Shown piece by piece: positions 37,409 through 47,596 of a stretch of DNA of 64,000 nt. Each line of letters starts with the position of its first letter. The stretch's first letter is position 1. Origin of the DNA: Alphaproteobacteria bacterium (GTDB lineage Bacteria; Pseudomonadota; Alphaproteobacteria; Rs-D84); NCBI GenBank assembly GCA_017475605.1, contig JAFVFD010000005.1:75833-139832 (forward strand), in the 5' to 3' direction. A program made the translations under genes and the position numbers. Below the pieces are notes generated by a model. That model saw nothing but the letters and a program-made list of their open reading frames with translations, did not search any database and was not told the origin of the DNA.

Positions 37409-40368
37409 TAGAATTGGGTATCAGTACATGTTTCTTTTTCTTCGCCCCAATCTTTACAATACTTATTACCAAACAGCGGGTTCTTGGTATTTTCACAACT
37501 TTGTGAACGGACACATTTATGACAATTCAACGTTTCCCATTCAAATGTCGATGTAATCGTTTCTTTGTAATTCCACTGGTTTAACTGGGCCGAAGCAACC
37601 AACTCACGTTCTGTAATGTTGTCCACACCATTTGCAGAACCAGATCCGACATTACCCAACAACCCCATGCCGGCAACAGCAGTCGCGCCCACAGCCACAC
37701 CATTCACTGTCACCCCCGCAACCGTTATTGCTGTTGCAGAAAGTGCGGCAGGCCCCATAAGCGGCACCGCAACACAGGCACCGGTTATTGCAACCGCGGC
37801 CAATATTTTACCAAACGCATTTTTCGGGGGATTTGGTGATTTTGGCAATGTGGATGATGACGGCAATCCTAAACACGACAAACGTGCAATTTCACGACGT
37901 GCATCCAGGACATTTTTACCCTGAATTTCTGCCATACGTTCCCCAATTGTTGCATAATCTTGTAATAATTTTTCGTTTAATTCATCGTATTTTGTATAGT
38001 AATTTGATTTCGCCTGTTTCAGGGCCGCACTTGCAATCAATGACCGCATTTGCTTTGTTAATTCTGGGAAGCGCGGATTTTCCTTGGATCCGATTGTTGT
38101 GCGGGTTGAACGTGTACCATTCGCCGTTACAACATTTTTATTCATACCCTGAACTTCGCGACCATACATACAGAACTGAACTGTTGGGTCTGATTCAATC
38201 GTATTAATTGCATTATTAATACTATTCTGTAATTGCGCCAATTCAGATTTGACTTTTTCTTTCTGTTCGGGACTGATGCTTTTTGCTTCATCAACTTTCG
38301 TTAAATAGTCTTCAACTGATGATAATTTACCATCGGAACCAACCTCTACACTTTCCCAATAAATTGTCCCATCGATTACACCGGCCAATGGTGTTATAGG
38401 CCCCAATTGAGTACTGGTTGAACCTTCAACACGTCCCAATTCAACGTCTTGAATTTGCGCAACATCGGTACGACATGAATAGAAATCTATATCCGTAAGA
38501 TTTCCATTTTCATCCGTCTTGTAGCCACAAATTTTATAATCCAACGAATGCGCCCCTATTCCATTATCAATGGCTAATCCATTACAATTTTCGGTATCAC
38601 CACAAACTTTGATCATGGCTTCGTCGGCGGCCTTTTGGCACATGGTCAACATATTGTTGTCAATATTCAGCATAATACCTTGGACCATATTGGCGATTTC
38701 ATCGTAAACCTTGTTGCCACGAATATCCTGGCCTTCATAAACCTTTTGACAACCGACCAGTTTATCATACGGACACATACGCATAATGGTATCCGTATCC
38801 AGACCAACACATTGTGTATAGTCCGAACCACAGCGATCTTCTGACTGCAGACAGGATTTAACTTCCTTTGTACAGGAATCAACACGCATAGATGCCAAAC
38901 GCGCGACCACGAAATCCCAAATTTGTGATTTTTGCGCTTTGGATGCACTTGATGCATCAATACCACACGCATTAAGTGGAATCTTACATACATTAAGCAT
39001 CGTTTCTGGACGTGTCAAACACATATCATACGAACCGTCGGGGTCGTTTGGATCGATATTATCACGACAGGCCTTTTGGAAACAGGACGATATATTCCCG
39101 ATACAATTTTGACGGGCATTATCTTCAGCAATCAATTCAGCCGACTTGATTTGCGGTGCAATTTCTTTAAGGAATGTATCCCAAACCTTGTCCGCGACCG
39201 CAACGCATTGTTTTGTAACCGTTTCGCACAACGGTTTCTTAGACAGCAGTGTATCATACGATGATGCCGCTATTTCTATCGTTGTGGCCGAACCCTTGAC
39301 AGAATAACTTTTGGCTTTTCTGGACGTACTTTGGGTTGTGTTTGTATTATCCATCGCAGAAATCATCGCACATGCCGCGAAATCATTACCACAACCACCA
39401 GTTGTCTGCATACACTTTTTGAATTCTATTGTACACTGGCCCAAATCATAACGATTTTCCGCACGCAATTGTTCCAATGCCGCATCGCGCAGTGCGCGTT
39501 CCGCAGTCGCTAATTTAGTTTGACTGGCACTTTTCTGCTGTTTCAAACTGTTTTCATACGCATTACAATCAGATTTGATTTTTTGCGCATATAACAATTT
39601 CAGCATTGACATATCAGCCGCACATTCTGGTATCTGCGCCGCACATAAATCAGATGCCGCCCGTTGTAAAGCGTCCCCTGTTTTACCATCTATTGACGAC
39701 ACTTCACCGAAAATATCAAACACATCGTCTTCTTCGAACATGGCGCTGTTGTCCCAAATCGACAAATCAAGTTTCCGACGACCCTTTTCATCCCGGTCCA
39801 CAGAATCTATCGCATCTTTTGCCGCGGCATTTGCCTTGGCTATCGCCGCATCGGCATCCAATCCCATTTCGATTTTTTCAACACCATATGTTGCCATTTG
39901 ATATGATTGCTGATCCAGTTTTTCGATTTCGGCTAAAACCTCGTCTAATTCGGCATTACGATTACTGCAAACACACCGACCACCACTGGTATTGTCCAGC
40001 ATACAAAACGCATCCATACAGCCATAATATTTATTTTGGCATTGTTCATTAACCGCGGTGTTGGCAACGGCACCCGCAACCTTGGTTCCAGAATTGATAA
40101 CCTTTTGTGATGTAACCGCCGCACGTGCAGCCACAGTTTTGGGTTGTGTTGTGGCACTGCGTACAGATGTATTTCGCACCGCATTCGTTGACCGAACGGC
40201 ATTGCCACGCACCGCACTGCGTGCCGTCGTCGCCGCCCCAGATGTCGCACTTTGCGTCGCAACCGGTGTCCCCGAACCGCGTCCACGCGTTACAGGCGCC
40301 GCCGCATTTGCGTTTATAACCGCACCCAAAATCAACAGGATAGAAATAAATAATTTTCTCATCCACAA
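37408..40368 (-). CDS. Secreted cysteine-rich protein, C-x6-C module family, paralog 4 (986 aa), with a C-terminal Gly/Ala-rich hydrophobic segment
   Basis: Signal peptide MWMRKLFISILLILGAVINANA. Modules CQNKYYGCMDAFCMLDNTSGGRC, CTIEFKKCMQTTGGCGNDFAAC, CETVTKQC, CIGNISSCFQKAC, CTKEVKSCLQSEDRCGSDYTQC. A coiled-coil-like region. ILAAVAITGACVAVPLMGPAALSATAITVAGVTVNGVAVGATAVAGMGLLG. Confidence 0.55.
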   Translation of the reverse strand: MWMRKLFISILLILGAVINANAAAPVTRGRGSGTPVATQSATSGAATTARSAVRGNAVRSTNAVRNTSVRSATTQPKTVAARAAVTSQKVINSGTKVAGAVANTAVNEQCQNKYYGCMDAFCMLDNTSGGRCVCSNRNAELDEVLAEIEKLDQQSYQMATYGVEKIEMGLDADAAIAKANAAAKDAIDSVDRDEKGRRKLDLSIWDNSAMFEEDDVFDIFGEVSSIDGKTGDALQRAASDLCAAQIPECAADMSMLKLLYAQKIKSDCNAYENSLKQQKSASQTKLATAERALRDAALEQLRAENRYDLGQCTIEFKKCMQTTGGCGNDFAACAMISAMDNTNTTQSTSRKAKSYSVKGSATTIEIAASSYDTLLSKKPLCETVTKQCVAVADKVWDTFLKEIAPQIKSAELIAEDNARQNCIGNISSCFQKACRDNIDPNDPDGSYDMCLTRPETMLNVCKIPLNACGIDASSASKAQKSQIWDFVVARLASMRVDSCTKEVKSCLQSEDRCGSDYTQCVGLDTDTIMRMCPYDKLVGCQKVYEGQDIRGNKVYDEIANMVQGIMLNIDNNMLTMCQKAADEAMIKVCGDTENCNGLAIDNGIGAHSLDYKICGYKTDENGNLTDIDFYSCRTDVAQIQDVELGRVEGSTSTQLGPITPLAGVIDGTIYWESVEVGSDGKLSSVEDYLTKVDEAKSISPEQKEKVKSELAQLQNSINNAINTIESDPTVQFCMYGREVQGMNKNVVTANGTRSTRTTIGSKENPRFPELTKQMRSLIASAALKQAKSNYYTKYDELNEKLLQDYATIGERMAEIQGKNVLDARREIARLSCLGLPSSSTLPKSPNPPKNAFGKILAAVAITGACVAVPLMGPAALSATAITVAGVTVNGVAVGATAVAGMGLLGNVGSGSANGVDNITERELVASAQLNQWNYKETITSTFEWETLNCHKCVRSQSCENTKNPLFGNKYCKDWGEEKETCTDTQF

Positions 40369-40509
40369 CCCCCTATTATCTGTATTATTTTATCATATTA
40401 ATCCCTTTATTAAAAACACTTTTTCAAACAAATTTATCCCCTTTCACACAAAATATTGACAATTATTGTTTTTGTATTATATTATACATGTAAACCAGTG
40501 GGGGATTTT

Positions 40510-41292
40510 ATGTCAAACAACATTGACATTTTTGGCGAATTTGCACCGGCTTATACAATAAGCAACGAAAATCAGCGATGGGCAACCAGCGCAGTTCCAA
40601 ACATATCGCGGGTTTTAACCGTTGCGGGTTCTGGCGACCAGGCTTTGTTTTATCACATAAACGGCGCAAAACGAATCGATACATTCGATAAAACTCAAAA
40701 TGCCCGCGTTATCCAGGACATAAAGTTTACCGCCATACAACATGTTTCATACCACGAATATTCTAATTTATTGATAGATTTATTCCATGTCAAAGATATC
40801 AGATGTATCCCAACAATGAAAAAGCTTATGCCTTTATTGCCACGCGAAACAATAAGAATCATTAACACACCGGGCAATAATTATTTATTTGGGGCCGGAC
40901 TGGATGCGCGGTATTATCCTGAAAACATCCCCACGCCCGCGGAATATGATTATTTAAAACACACACTTAAAAAGCCGTTTAATTTTATATGCACCGACCT
41001 GTATGATTTAAGTGCTAAAATAACCGGTAAATATGATTTGATAAACATTTCAAATATTTTTGATTATTGCTATAACGCGCAACAACAAGGTGACATTTTG
41101 AGAAAACTTTCGCGCCATCTTGTACCCGGCGGACATATTGTATATTTACCCCAGGCGGAAAAATTTTCGTATAACAAAATACATATTCCATTACAAAACA
41201 GCGAATTAAATTATCTGCAAAAATTACAACAAAAACAAACAAAAATGATTTTGTTTAGATATACACAATTAGCAAAAATGAAACAGAAATAA
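40510..41292 (+). CDS. Probable class I SAM-dependent methyltransferase-like protein
   Basis: RBS GGGGGA before ATG 40510. VLTVAGSGDQALFY resembles SAM-binding motif I. 260 aa. Low certainty on function. Confidence 0.35.
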   Translation: MSNNIDIFGEFAPAYTISNENQRWATSAVPNISRVLTVAGSGDQALFYHINGAKRIDTFDKTQNARVIQDIKFTAIQHVSYHEYSNLLIDLFHVKDIRCIPTMKKLMPLLPRETIRIINTPGNNYLFGAGLDARYYPENIPTPAEYDYLKHTLKKPFNFICTDLYDLSAKITGKYDLINISNIFDYCYNAQQQGDILRKLSRHLVPGGHIVYLPQAEKFSYNKIHIPLQNSELNYLQKLQQKQTKMILFRYTQLAKMKQK

Positions 41293-41304
41293 AAAACAAA
41301 ATAA

Positions 41305-41328
41305 AAAACGGGGCAAATGCCCCGTTTA
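41305..41328. terminator. Bidirectional rho-independent terminator
   Basis: AACGGGGC-AAAT-GCCCCGTT between 41292 (+ gene end) and the rplQ stop at 41330. Confidence 0.55.
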
Positions 41329-41329
41329 A

Positions 41330-41899
41330 TTATTTGCCGGTTGCACGACGTTTAACAGCAACTTCTTTCTTGGCTGTTGTCGCCTTGGCTGCCTTTGGTG
41401 CCGCCTTTTCTACCTTGGCTGCTGGTGCCTTTGGCGATGCTTTCTTGGCTGCTGGCTTTTCGGCTGTTGCTTCACTTGCAACTTCTGCTGGTGCCGCTGC
41501 TGCCGCTGCCTTTGGTGCAGACTTTTTCGCATTTTCGTCGCGATCAACCAATTCAATAATCGCCATTGGTGCCGCGTCGCCATAACGGAAACCCGCCTTT
41601 AATACGCGTGTATAACCGCCGTTGCGTTTAGCATAACGTGGGCCCAAAACCGCGAACAGTTTTTTAACTGTTGCTTCTGCCCCATTACCCAATTCAGACG
41701 CAATCAAACGACGATTTGCAACGGTATCAACCTTGGCGCGAGTAATCATTTTTTCGACCACACTGCGCAGGTCTTTTGCCTTTGGCAAAGTTGTTTTAAT
41801 TTGTTCACGTTCAATCAAGTTTTTCGCCAAGCCGATAAATAATGCTTTGCGTGCATTTGTGTCGCGATTAAATGTGCGACCTGCTTTCATATGTCTCAT
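41330..41899 (-). CDS. rplQ: 50S ribosomal protein L17 with Ala/Lys/Pro-rich C-terminal extension
   Basis: [45 protein letters not shown]... matches L17. The tail ~[45 protein letters not shown] is low-complexity. Confidence 0.9.
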   Translation of the reverse strand: MRHMKAGRTFNRDTNARKALFIGLAKNLIEREQIKTTLPKAKDLRSVVEKMITRAKVDTVANRRLIASELGNGAEATVKKLFAVLGPRYAKRNGGYTRVLKAGFRYGDAAPMAIIELVDRDENAKKSAPKAAAAAAPAEVASEATAEKPAAKKASPKAPAAKVEKAAPKAAKATTAKKEVAVKRRATGK

Positions 41900-42000
41900 C
41901 GATTACTCCTTTATTTTGTTTCAGCCCCGGACCACCCGGGGATTTGTTGAGACACCCGCAACCAAAGTTTCCCCTGAATTGCGGGTTTTGTTTTTATCCC

Positions 42001-43029
42001 TTATTTATAAGGATCTTCATATTTCTTGGCCAATTCTGCGATATTTTCCGGTGGCCAACCTGGTACTTCCATACCCAATCCCAAACCCATGGCTTCCAAT
42101 TGAGCCTTGATTTCATTCAAAGACTTGCGGCCAAAGTTTGGTGTTTTCAACATGTCTGCTTCGGTTTTCTGGACCAATTCGCCCAACCAATTGATTTTGT
42201 CGTTCTTCAAGCAGTTATTTGCACGAACAGACAATTCCAATTCATCAACATGTTTCAACAATTTCGGATCAAATGGCAACGCATCTTTTGCCTTATCATC
42301 TTCGGATGGTGCATTGATTTGTGCAGGATCTTCAAAGTTGATAAAGACAACCAGTTGGTCTGTCAAGATACGTGCGGCATATGCGATTGCATCTTCTGGT
42401 GCAACACTGCCATTTGTTTTAACTGTCAATTCCAATTTATCATAGTCTGTAGATTGACCAACACGTGTTTGTGTAACTGTGCTGGCTACATTCAAAACTG
42501 GCGAATAAATTGAATCGACCGGAATAACCCCCAATGGTAAATCGGCGGCATTTTGTGATGCAGGCACATAGCCACGTCCGGTTCCCAATGTGATTTCCAT
42601 ATCAAAATTTGCGCCCTTGTCCAAAGTGCAGATTTCGACATCTTTGTTCATAACTTCGACACCACCCGATGTTTCAATCATACCGGCGGTAACGACTGCT
42701 GGACCTTTAACTTTCAGGTATGCTTTGTGCTGGCCTTCGGTCAAGGCTTTGAAATAAACACCCTTTAAGTTAAGGATAATGTCGGTAACATCTTCGCGGC
42801 AACCTGGGACGCTGCTGAATTCATGCTGGACACCATCAATTTTAATATAAATTGGCGCACAGCCCTGAAGTGAAGACAACAATACGCGACGTAATGCCGT
42901 CCCCAGTGTTAAACCGAACCCCTTTTCCAATGGTTCGGCGACCAAAGTTGCGATATTTGAATCATGTTCATCGACCACGACATTAAGTTTTTTTGGCTTA
43001 ATAAGGGTCATCCAGTTCTTTTCAATCAT
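42001..43029 (-). CDS. rpoA: DNA-directed RNA polymerase subunit alpha
   Basis: [18 protein letters not shown]...[34 protein letters not shown]... plus the C-terminal domain ...[12 protein letters not shown]. 342 aa. Confidence 0.93.
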   Translation of the reverse strand: MIEKNWMTLIKPKKLNVVVDEHDSNIATLVAEPLEKGFGLTLGTALRRVLLSSLQGCAPIYIKIDGVQHEFSSVPGCREDVTDIILNLKGVYFKALTEGQHKAYLKVKGPAVVTAGMIETSGGVEVMNKDVEICTLDKGANFDMEITLGTGRGYVPASQNAADLPLGVIPVDSIYSPVLNVASTVTQTRVGQSTDYDKLELTVKTNGSVAPEDAIAYAARILTDQLVVFINFEDPAQINAPSEDDKAKDALPFDPKLLKHVDELELSVRANNCLKNDKINWLGELVQKTEADMLKTPNFGRKSLNEIKAQLEAMGLGLGMEVPGWPPENIAELAKKYEDPYK

Positions 43030-43099
43030 ATGTTTTTTCCTTATGGCTTAGTTTATTATTTTCACCAAATTGCGCCCAAACCCGTTGTGCGCGTGCGTT

Positions 43100-43128
43100 A
43101 TTTTATACTGACAAAAGCCAATTGTCAA
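43100..43128 (-). promoter_or_regulatory. Putative sigma70 promoter for rpoA-rplQ, downstream of the inserted island
   Basis: Minus-strand TTGACA (revcomp of 43123-43128), 17-nt spacer, TAAAAT (revcomp of 43100-43105). Confidence 0.4.
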
Positions 43129-43208
43129 CATATTATTCATTGTTTCCACCCCCAAAAGCCCAAGAAAACACCTGAAACATTTGACAAAAATTATTTTTAT
43201 CTAAAAAC

Positions 43209-43237
43209 TTGACAATCGGCATTTTGTGTCCTAATAT
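43209..43237 (+). promoter_or_regulatory. Near-consensus sigma70 promoter for the 43268-43633 gene
   Basis: TTGACA (43209-43214), 17-nt spacer, TAATAT (43232-43237). RBS AAAAGGAA at 43253-43260. ATG at 43268. Confidence 0.55.
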
Positions 43238-43267
43238 CGTATCAGTCCAACCAAAAGGAATACAAAT

Positions 43268-43633
43268 ATGAAAAAAACAATTTTGTCTGGCATCGTCGCA
43301 TGTGTTATCTGCGCACCGGTTTATGCGTCTGACGGTGGTGTCTATGGTGATTACAACACCGAAATGAAAACCACAGCCGAAGATTTCGTTCGTGTCGAAC
43401 GCGTTGCACAACCAGTTGCTGTGAAAACAGTTGCCGCGAAACCAGCATGCACAAAATGCAACAAATGCGCTGCCAAAGTTTGTGGCGAACCATTTGAAAA
43501 GGTTGTAAATCGTGAATATTTCGTTCGCGAAACAGTACAACAGTATCGTCCGGTTGTTTCCTATGTACCGGCTGGTTCATACACAACCGTTCGTGCGGTT
43601 GCAACACCAAAATGCAACAAATGCGGTTTCTAA
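43268..43633 (+). CDS. Small secreted (possibly lipo-)protein with two KCNKC-containing internal repeats
   Basis: MKKTILSGIVACVICAPVYA signal peptide (IVAC is lipobox-like). The repeats ...KPACTKCNKCAAKVCG... and ...TPKCNKCGF end with the same Cys motif. 121 aa. Confidence 0.45.
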   Translation: MKKTILSGIVACVICAPVYASDGGVYGDYNTEMKTTAEDFVRVERVAQPVAVKTVAAKPACTKCNKCAAKVCGEPFEKVVNREYFVRETVQQYRPVVSYVPAGSYTTVRAVATPKCNKCGF

Positions 43634-43660
43634 TAATCGTATAAAAAGTTTGCGCTAAGA

Positions 43661-43695
43661 AAAAAACCACCCAAACGGGTGGTTTTTATTTTTGA
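43661..43695. terminator. Bidirectional rho-independent terminator
   Basis: AACCACCC-AAAC-GGGTGGTT followed by TTTATTTTTG, between 43633 (+) and 43686 (-). Confidence 0.6.
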
Positions 43696-44633
43696 TTTTT
43701 TGCCGCCTGAACATATTGCGACCGCATGACACGCAAAATAGCCACCCAATCTTCGTGTTGATGCATGAACGAATGACGACTTTCTGGAAATTCAACGAAT
43801 CGCATTTTTTCCTTTGGTGAATATTCATTAACCTGGTTATAAATTGAACGAATATATTCAATTGGTGATTTTTGATCTTTGCCGCCCGCAACCATTGTAA
43901 CAGGTATATTATATTGCGCCATCAAATCGGGTCGCGGTTGCAATGCGACAACTTCATCATAAAACTTGGTGAACAATGAAACATACCGGTTTTGTCTGAC
44001 CAGCATAACATCGTGCGGACTCATAAGGCCCATAGGCACTTTTTCAAATTCATCATCAGATAAATCTGGATATTGATGATGATGCATAAACTTTTTTGAA
44101 AAATCGAACCATTCTTTTGTAACATATGGCGCAAACAATATTGCCCCCGAAAAGCCAACCGGACGATTTTGTAAAACACGACGATTAAAAACTTCCAAAA
44201 CCCCCGTTCCACCCAGCGAATGACCAACCACACAGGTCCACTTGCCCATTGACATTTTTGAAACGATTTCCAAACCTGCATCCATCAAATCTATAAATTC
44301 AGGAAACGTATTTTTCTTGGCTAATTCCGCGGATATTTCCGGTTTAAAATTCCCCAGGAAAGTATCCAGCGCATAAATATTATATTTGTGTTTAAGGGAC
44401 CAATAACTTAATGCCCCCATCAATGGTTCTATTTGTGTATTACTGGCCAGGCCCGGCACCAAAACAAAATTACCACGCGCCACATCACCCACCGAATAGT
44501 GTGTAATCTGACCGATTGTTCCCAAATCTGTCCTTGACGAAAAATGCATCTGCCACGTAAAATACTTGCCCTTTAATTCGGGCAACGCATCGGCATAATT
44601 TTTTGGAATAAAAACATCTTTTAGTGGTTTCAT
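43686..44633 (-). CDS. Alpha/beta-hydrolase fold protein (esterase/lipase-like)
   Basis: GHSLGG nucleophile elbow (G-x-S-x-G). About 315 aa. Start taken at MKPLKDV. Confidence 0.55.
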   Translation of the reverse strand: MKPLKDVFIPKNYADALPELKGKYFTWQMHFSSRTDLGTIGQITHYSVGDVARGNFVLVPGLASNTQIEPLMGALSYWSLKHKYNIYALDTFLGNFKPEISAELAKKNTFPEFIDLMDAGLEIVSKMSMGKWTCVVGHSLGGTGVLEVFNRRVLQNRPVGFSGAILFAPYVTKEWFDFSKKFMHHHQYPDLSDDEFEKVPMGLMSPHDVMLVRQNRYVSLFTKFYDEVVALQPRPDLMAQYNIPVTMVAGGKDQKSPIEYIRSIYNQVNEYSPKEKMRFVEFPESRHSFMHQHEDWVAILRVMRSQYVQAAKNQK

Positions 44634-44685
44634 AACAAAACAAACATAACACAAAAACCAAAAATGTCAACAAAACTAAATAAAT

Positions 44686-44712
44686 AAAAACCGCCCGTCT
44701 GGGCGGCTTCTT
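44686..44712 (-). terminator. Rho-independent terminator after the specificity-subunit gene
   Basis: Minus-strand CCGCCC-AGAC-GGGCGG followed by TTTTTATTTATTT. Confidence 0.5.
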
Positions 44713-44715
44713 GCT

Positions 44716-45642
44716 TTAAATTAAATCCGAATACGGCAAAGATTTGATATAATTTTCCATATAATCCCAATCTGGATTGCCATTTTTATCAACAGGCAAT
44801 TTTATGACAGTGTTACGAATTTTTGTCTGATTAAACTTTCGACCATAACTATATCTATATCTTTCTTTATTTATAATAGTCGCAAGATACGCACCGATAT
44901 AACTGTTCAATCTAAATTTTGGTGTCAATTTTTCTACATGGTCACTGGCAGAAAAATTGAATGCCTGATACGAACAAAAACCGGCGACAGCACTATCTAT
45001 AACAAGAACATTTCCTTTTTCTGTAAAATAATTATAAAAACCAGCGACGCCATTATTAGTTGCTTGGGTGGTCACATATGGATATTTACCACTACCGTAA
45101 CTTTCTAATTCATCTAATTTTGTTGTTTTCGTTCCAGATATATCAAATAAATCAGATAACTTAAAACTTTGCCACGATGTCGTATCAAACGGTAATTCTT
45201 TGTGTTTTATTTTTGTGTTAATTGGACTGTAATCGATTTTATATTTTTTCAACCAATCTGGTAATGGTGGTAAATTGATGTTTTTTAACGTTCTGTTTGC
45301 TTGACGACCATAACTATAACGATACGCATTCATTTTTATCGCATGACAATAAAACAACTTTTCTTCCAACGACATTTCTTTTTTAGGTTTCAGCACCAAC
45401 ACATGAAAGCCAGTATAAAAAGGTTTGTCTTGAACAAAAGATGATAAAACACTGCCACCAACAGCAACCGTTATTAAACCCGCTTGAAAGGGTTCTTTAT
45501 CTGTTTTGACAACTCTTGCGACAACGCCATTGTTTTCACCTGTTCTGGCAACAAAATTTATGTCAGCCCCCTTATCAATTTCCATATTGATAAGTTCAAA
45601 ACCATTTCCCTGATAAATATCAAATAATTCTGATACTAACAT
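44716..45642 (-). CDS. Restriction-modification specificity subunit (HsdS / BcgIB-like, two target-recognition domains)
   Basis: Two repeated halves, each ending in the conserved S-subunit spacer motif: ...NAYRYSYGRQANRTLKNINLPPLP and ...ERYRYSYGRKFNQTKIRNTVIKLP. 308 aa. Separated by 2 nt from the upstream nuclease-methyltransferase gene. Confidence 0.7.
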   Translation of the reverse strand: MLVSELFDIYQGNGFELINMEIDKGADINFVARTGENNGVVARVVKTDKEPFQAGLITVAVGGSVLSSFVQDKPFYTGFHVLVLKPKKEMSLEEKLFYCHAIKMNAYRYSYGRQANRTLKNINLPPLPDWLKKYKIDYSPINTKIKHKELPFDTTSWQSFKLSDLFDISGTKTTKLDELESYGSGKYPYVTTQATNNGVAGFYNYFTEKGNVLVIDSAVAGFCSYQAFNFSASDHVEKLTPKFRLNSYIGAYLATIINKERYRYSYGRKFNQTKIRNTVIKLPVDKNGNPDWDYMENYIKSLPYSDLI

Positions 45643-45644
45643 TG

Positions 45645-47507
45645 TTATTCACTCGTTTTTGTCAGATATGCCAGATAATTTTTTACTGTCTGTTCAAAAT
45701 CAGATTGGGCCAGTTTTGAATAATCGGTTTCCATATATGCTTCACACAACCACTCATCATTCCATTTAACAGGTTTTTTTGCGGTAAAACCATCTCTAAC
45801 ATCCAAATTTTCATATAAATCTAACCATTCTTTTTTGATTTTTTCCCAACGATTGAATTTATCAATACGACCTAGTTTTTTTGCCTTTACAAAACCATCA
45901 TCTTTGTAATATCCAAAGAACGTTTGCTTGGTTGAATCGTGTGGTTTATGTGCAGTCCAAACCATTACACAGACATTGGTACTAGCATTATTTGAATAAA
46001 ATATATCATCTGGCATTGAAAACACCGCTTTTAATGTGTGGTCCTTGAACAATCTTTCTCGCTCGGTTTTGAATTTTGTCCCTATAGCACATGACATAGG
46101 CACAACCACAACACCTGTTCCACCAGGTACCAACAAATCCAACATGTTTTGAACAAATTCTAATTCGGTATGCCCCTTCTGTGAATACGGTGGATTAATC
46201 AGACCAACGGTTAATTGTTTTTCTTGTAACCAATCTCTTGTTTCTGCCTTAAAACAATCGCCATATTTAATATTTGACTTACCATCACCACGAACAATCA
46301 TATTCGCAATTGCTAATGTATAAATATCATCATCAGATTCCACACCATATAATTGTTCACGCTTAATTCTCTCTATTTCTTTTTGGTTTGCATTCTTAAA
46401 CATTTTTGACATGGCAGTAACCAAGAAAGCCCCAGAGCCGCAACAAATATCTACCACACGACTATTTTTATTCACCCCAGCCAAATCACACATAAATTCT
46501 GTTAAATGTTGTGGTGTCAATACTATTCCCAGACCCTTACCATCACCACCACTATATTTTACAAATTCATGATAAAATATTCCCAATGCATCAATTGCGC
46601 TGTCGGCATAATCCATCATAGGCTTTATTTTCCTATCAAGTTCAGATATAAACCAAAGCAAAGAATTATCACTGTTTAATGGAATATCTTTTATTGCATC
46701 ATTGCGACCTATTTTTTCAAAATGACCTTTAATATCATTGATTTTATCTTGTCTAATATCACTCTTTTCCAGAACCGTTTTTATTGCATCTTGCAACAAA
46801 GTATGCAATGCCCTGAATGAATTTTGATTTACATAATTATTCACAAAATCATCATCTTTCAACGCAATTAAAATACCAGCAATAAAAACAGGTTTTTCCT
46901 TTTCTGGCATTCTTAAAGCCCGCAAAGAATCATGCATAACCAAAGCCAGTTTTCGAATTTCATCAATAGATACTTTTTTGCTAATTTTTTCACCCTTTAC
47001 CATATGTAAATAATTTTCCGGGTCAAATAAAACGTCCCTTCCTCTCCTTAATTCCTGCGGTTCTTCCTGCCCTTTGCGCCAATCAAACGTGCTAATTTTG
47101 CAATTATCTATCGTTGTCCCAGATACCGCAATTGCAACAACATTAAAATAATCTTTGATAAACTTTGCGTAATACAATACACCATCAACAGCAAATGCAT
47201 CTGGCTGATTTCTTTTTTCGGACTCATGTTTTTTCACTGATGCCTTACATTCTATCACAAGCACTGTATCACGTGATTTATCAAAAGTTATTACAAACTC
47301 CGGTTTACCAATTCCTTTGCCACCGCAGTCATATTGATTTAAATCACAAATCTTGGGTTTACCACCGGCACGTTCCAATGCTTCACGCAAATCGCCGTTA
47401 ATTTTTGACGCATCAGATTGCGGATAAACAACACCCCATGGATTTTTACCAAGTACAAAATCCATTTCTCTTTGTGTTAAACTTTCCGTCATTCTTTCGC
47501 TAGCCAT
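45645..47507 (-). CDS. Type IIB (BcgI-like) restriction-modification enzyme subunit A: N-terminal PD-(D/E)xK nuclease fused to a gamma-class N6-adenine DNA methyltransferase
   Basis: N-terminal KPEFVITFDKSRDTVLVIECKAS fits PD...ExK. SAM motif I VDICCGSGAFL, then motif IV NPPY. 620 aa, close to BcgIA (about 637 aa). No HsdR-type helicase in the vicinity. Confidence 0.7.
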   Translation of the reverse strand: MASERMTESLTQREMDFVLGKNPWGVVYPQSDASKINGDLREALERAGGKPKICDLNQYDCGGKGIGKPEFVITFDKSRDTVLVIECKASVKKHESEKRNQPDAFAVDGVLYYAKFIKDYFNVVAIAVSGTTIDNCKISTFDWRKGQEEPQELRRGRDVLFDPENYLHMVKGEKISKKVSIDEIRKLALVMHDSLRALRMPEKEKPVFIAGILIALKDDDFVNNYVNQNSFRALHTLLQDAIKTVLEKSDIRQDKINDIKGHFEKIGRNDAIKDIPLNSDNSLLWFISELDRKIKPMMDYADSAIDALGIFYHEFVKYSGGDGKGLGIVLTPQHLTEFMCDLAGVNKNSRVVDICCGSGAFLVTAMSKMFKNANQKEIERIKREQLYGVESDDDIYTLAIANMIVRGDGKSNIKYGDCFKAETRDWLQEKQLTVGLINPPYSQKGHTELEFVQNMLDLLVPGGTGVVVVPMSCAIGTKFKTERERLFKDHTLKAVFSMPDDIFYSNNASTNVCVMVWTAHKPHDSTKQTFFGYYKDDGFVKAKKLGRIDKFNRWEKIKKEWLDLYENLDVRDGFTAKKPVKWNDEWLCEAYMETDYSKLAQSDFEQTVKNYLAYLTKTSE

Positions 47508-47596
47508 TTTGTCCTTCCTTTTATAAAAACTATAGACAAAGTTACATATCCCCTACAAGCAATATTTTATCATAAAATGCTTTTTTATAAAACATT

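Noticed and set aside
43686-47507. Classifying the RM module as Type I
   Set aside because: There is no HsdR-type helicase/nuclease gene. The methyltransferase carries its own N-terminal PD-ExK nuclease motif. That fits Type IIB (BcgI-like), or Type IIG with a separate S subunit, better than Type I.
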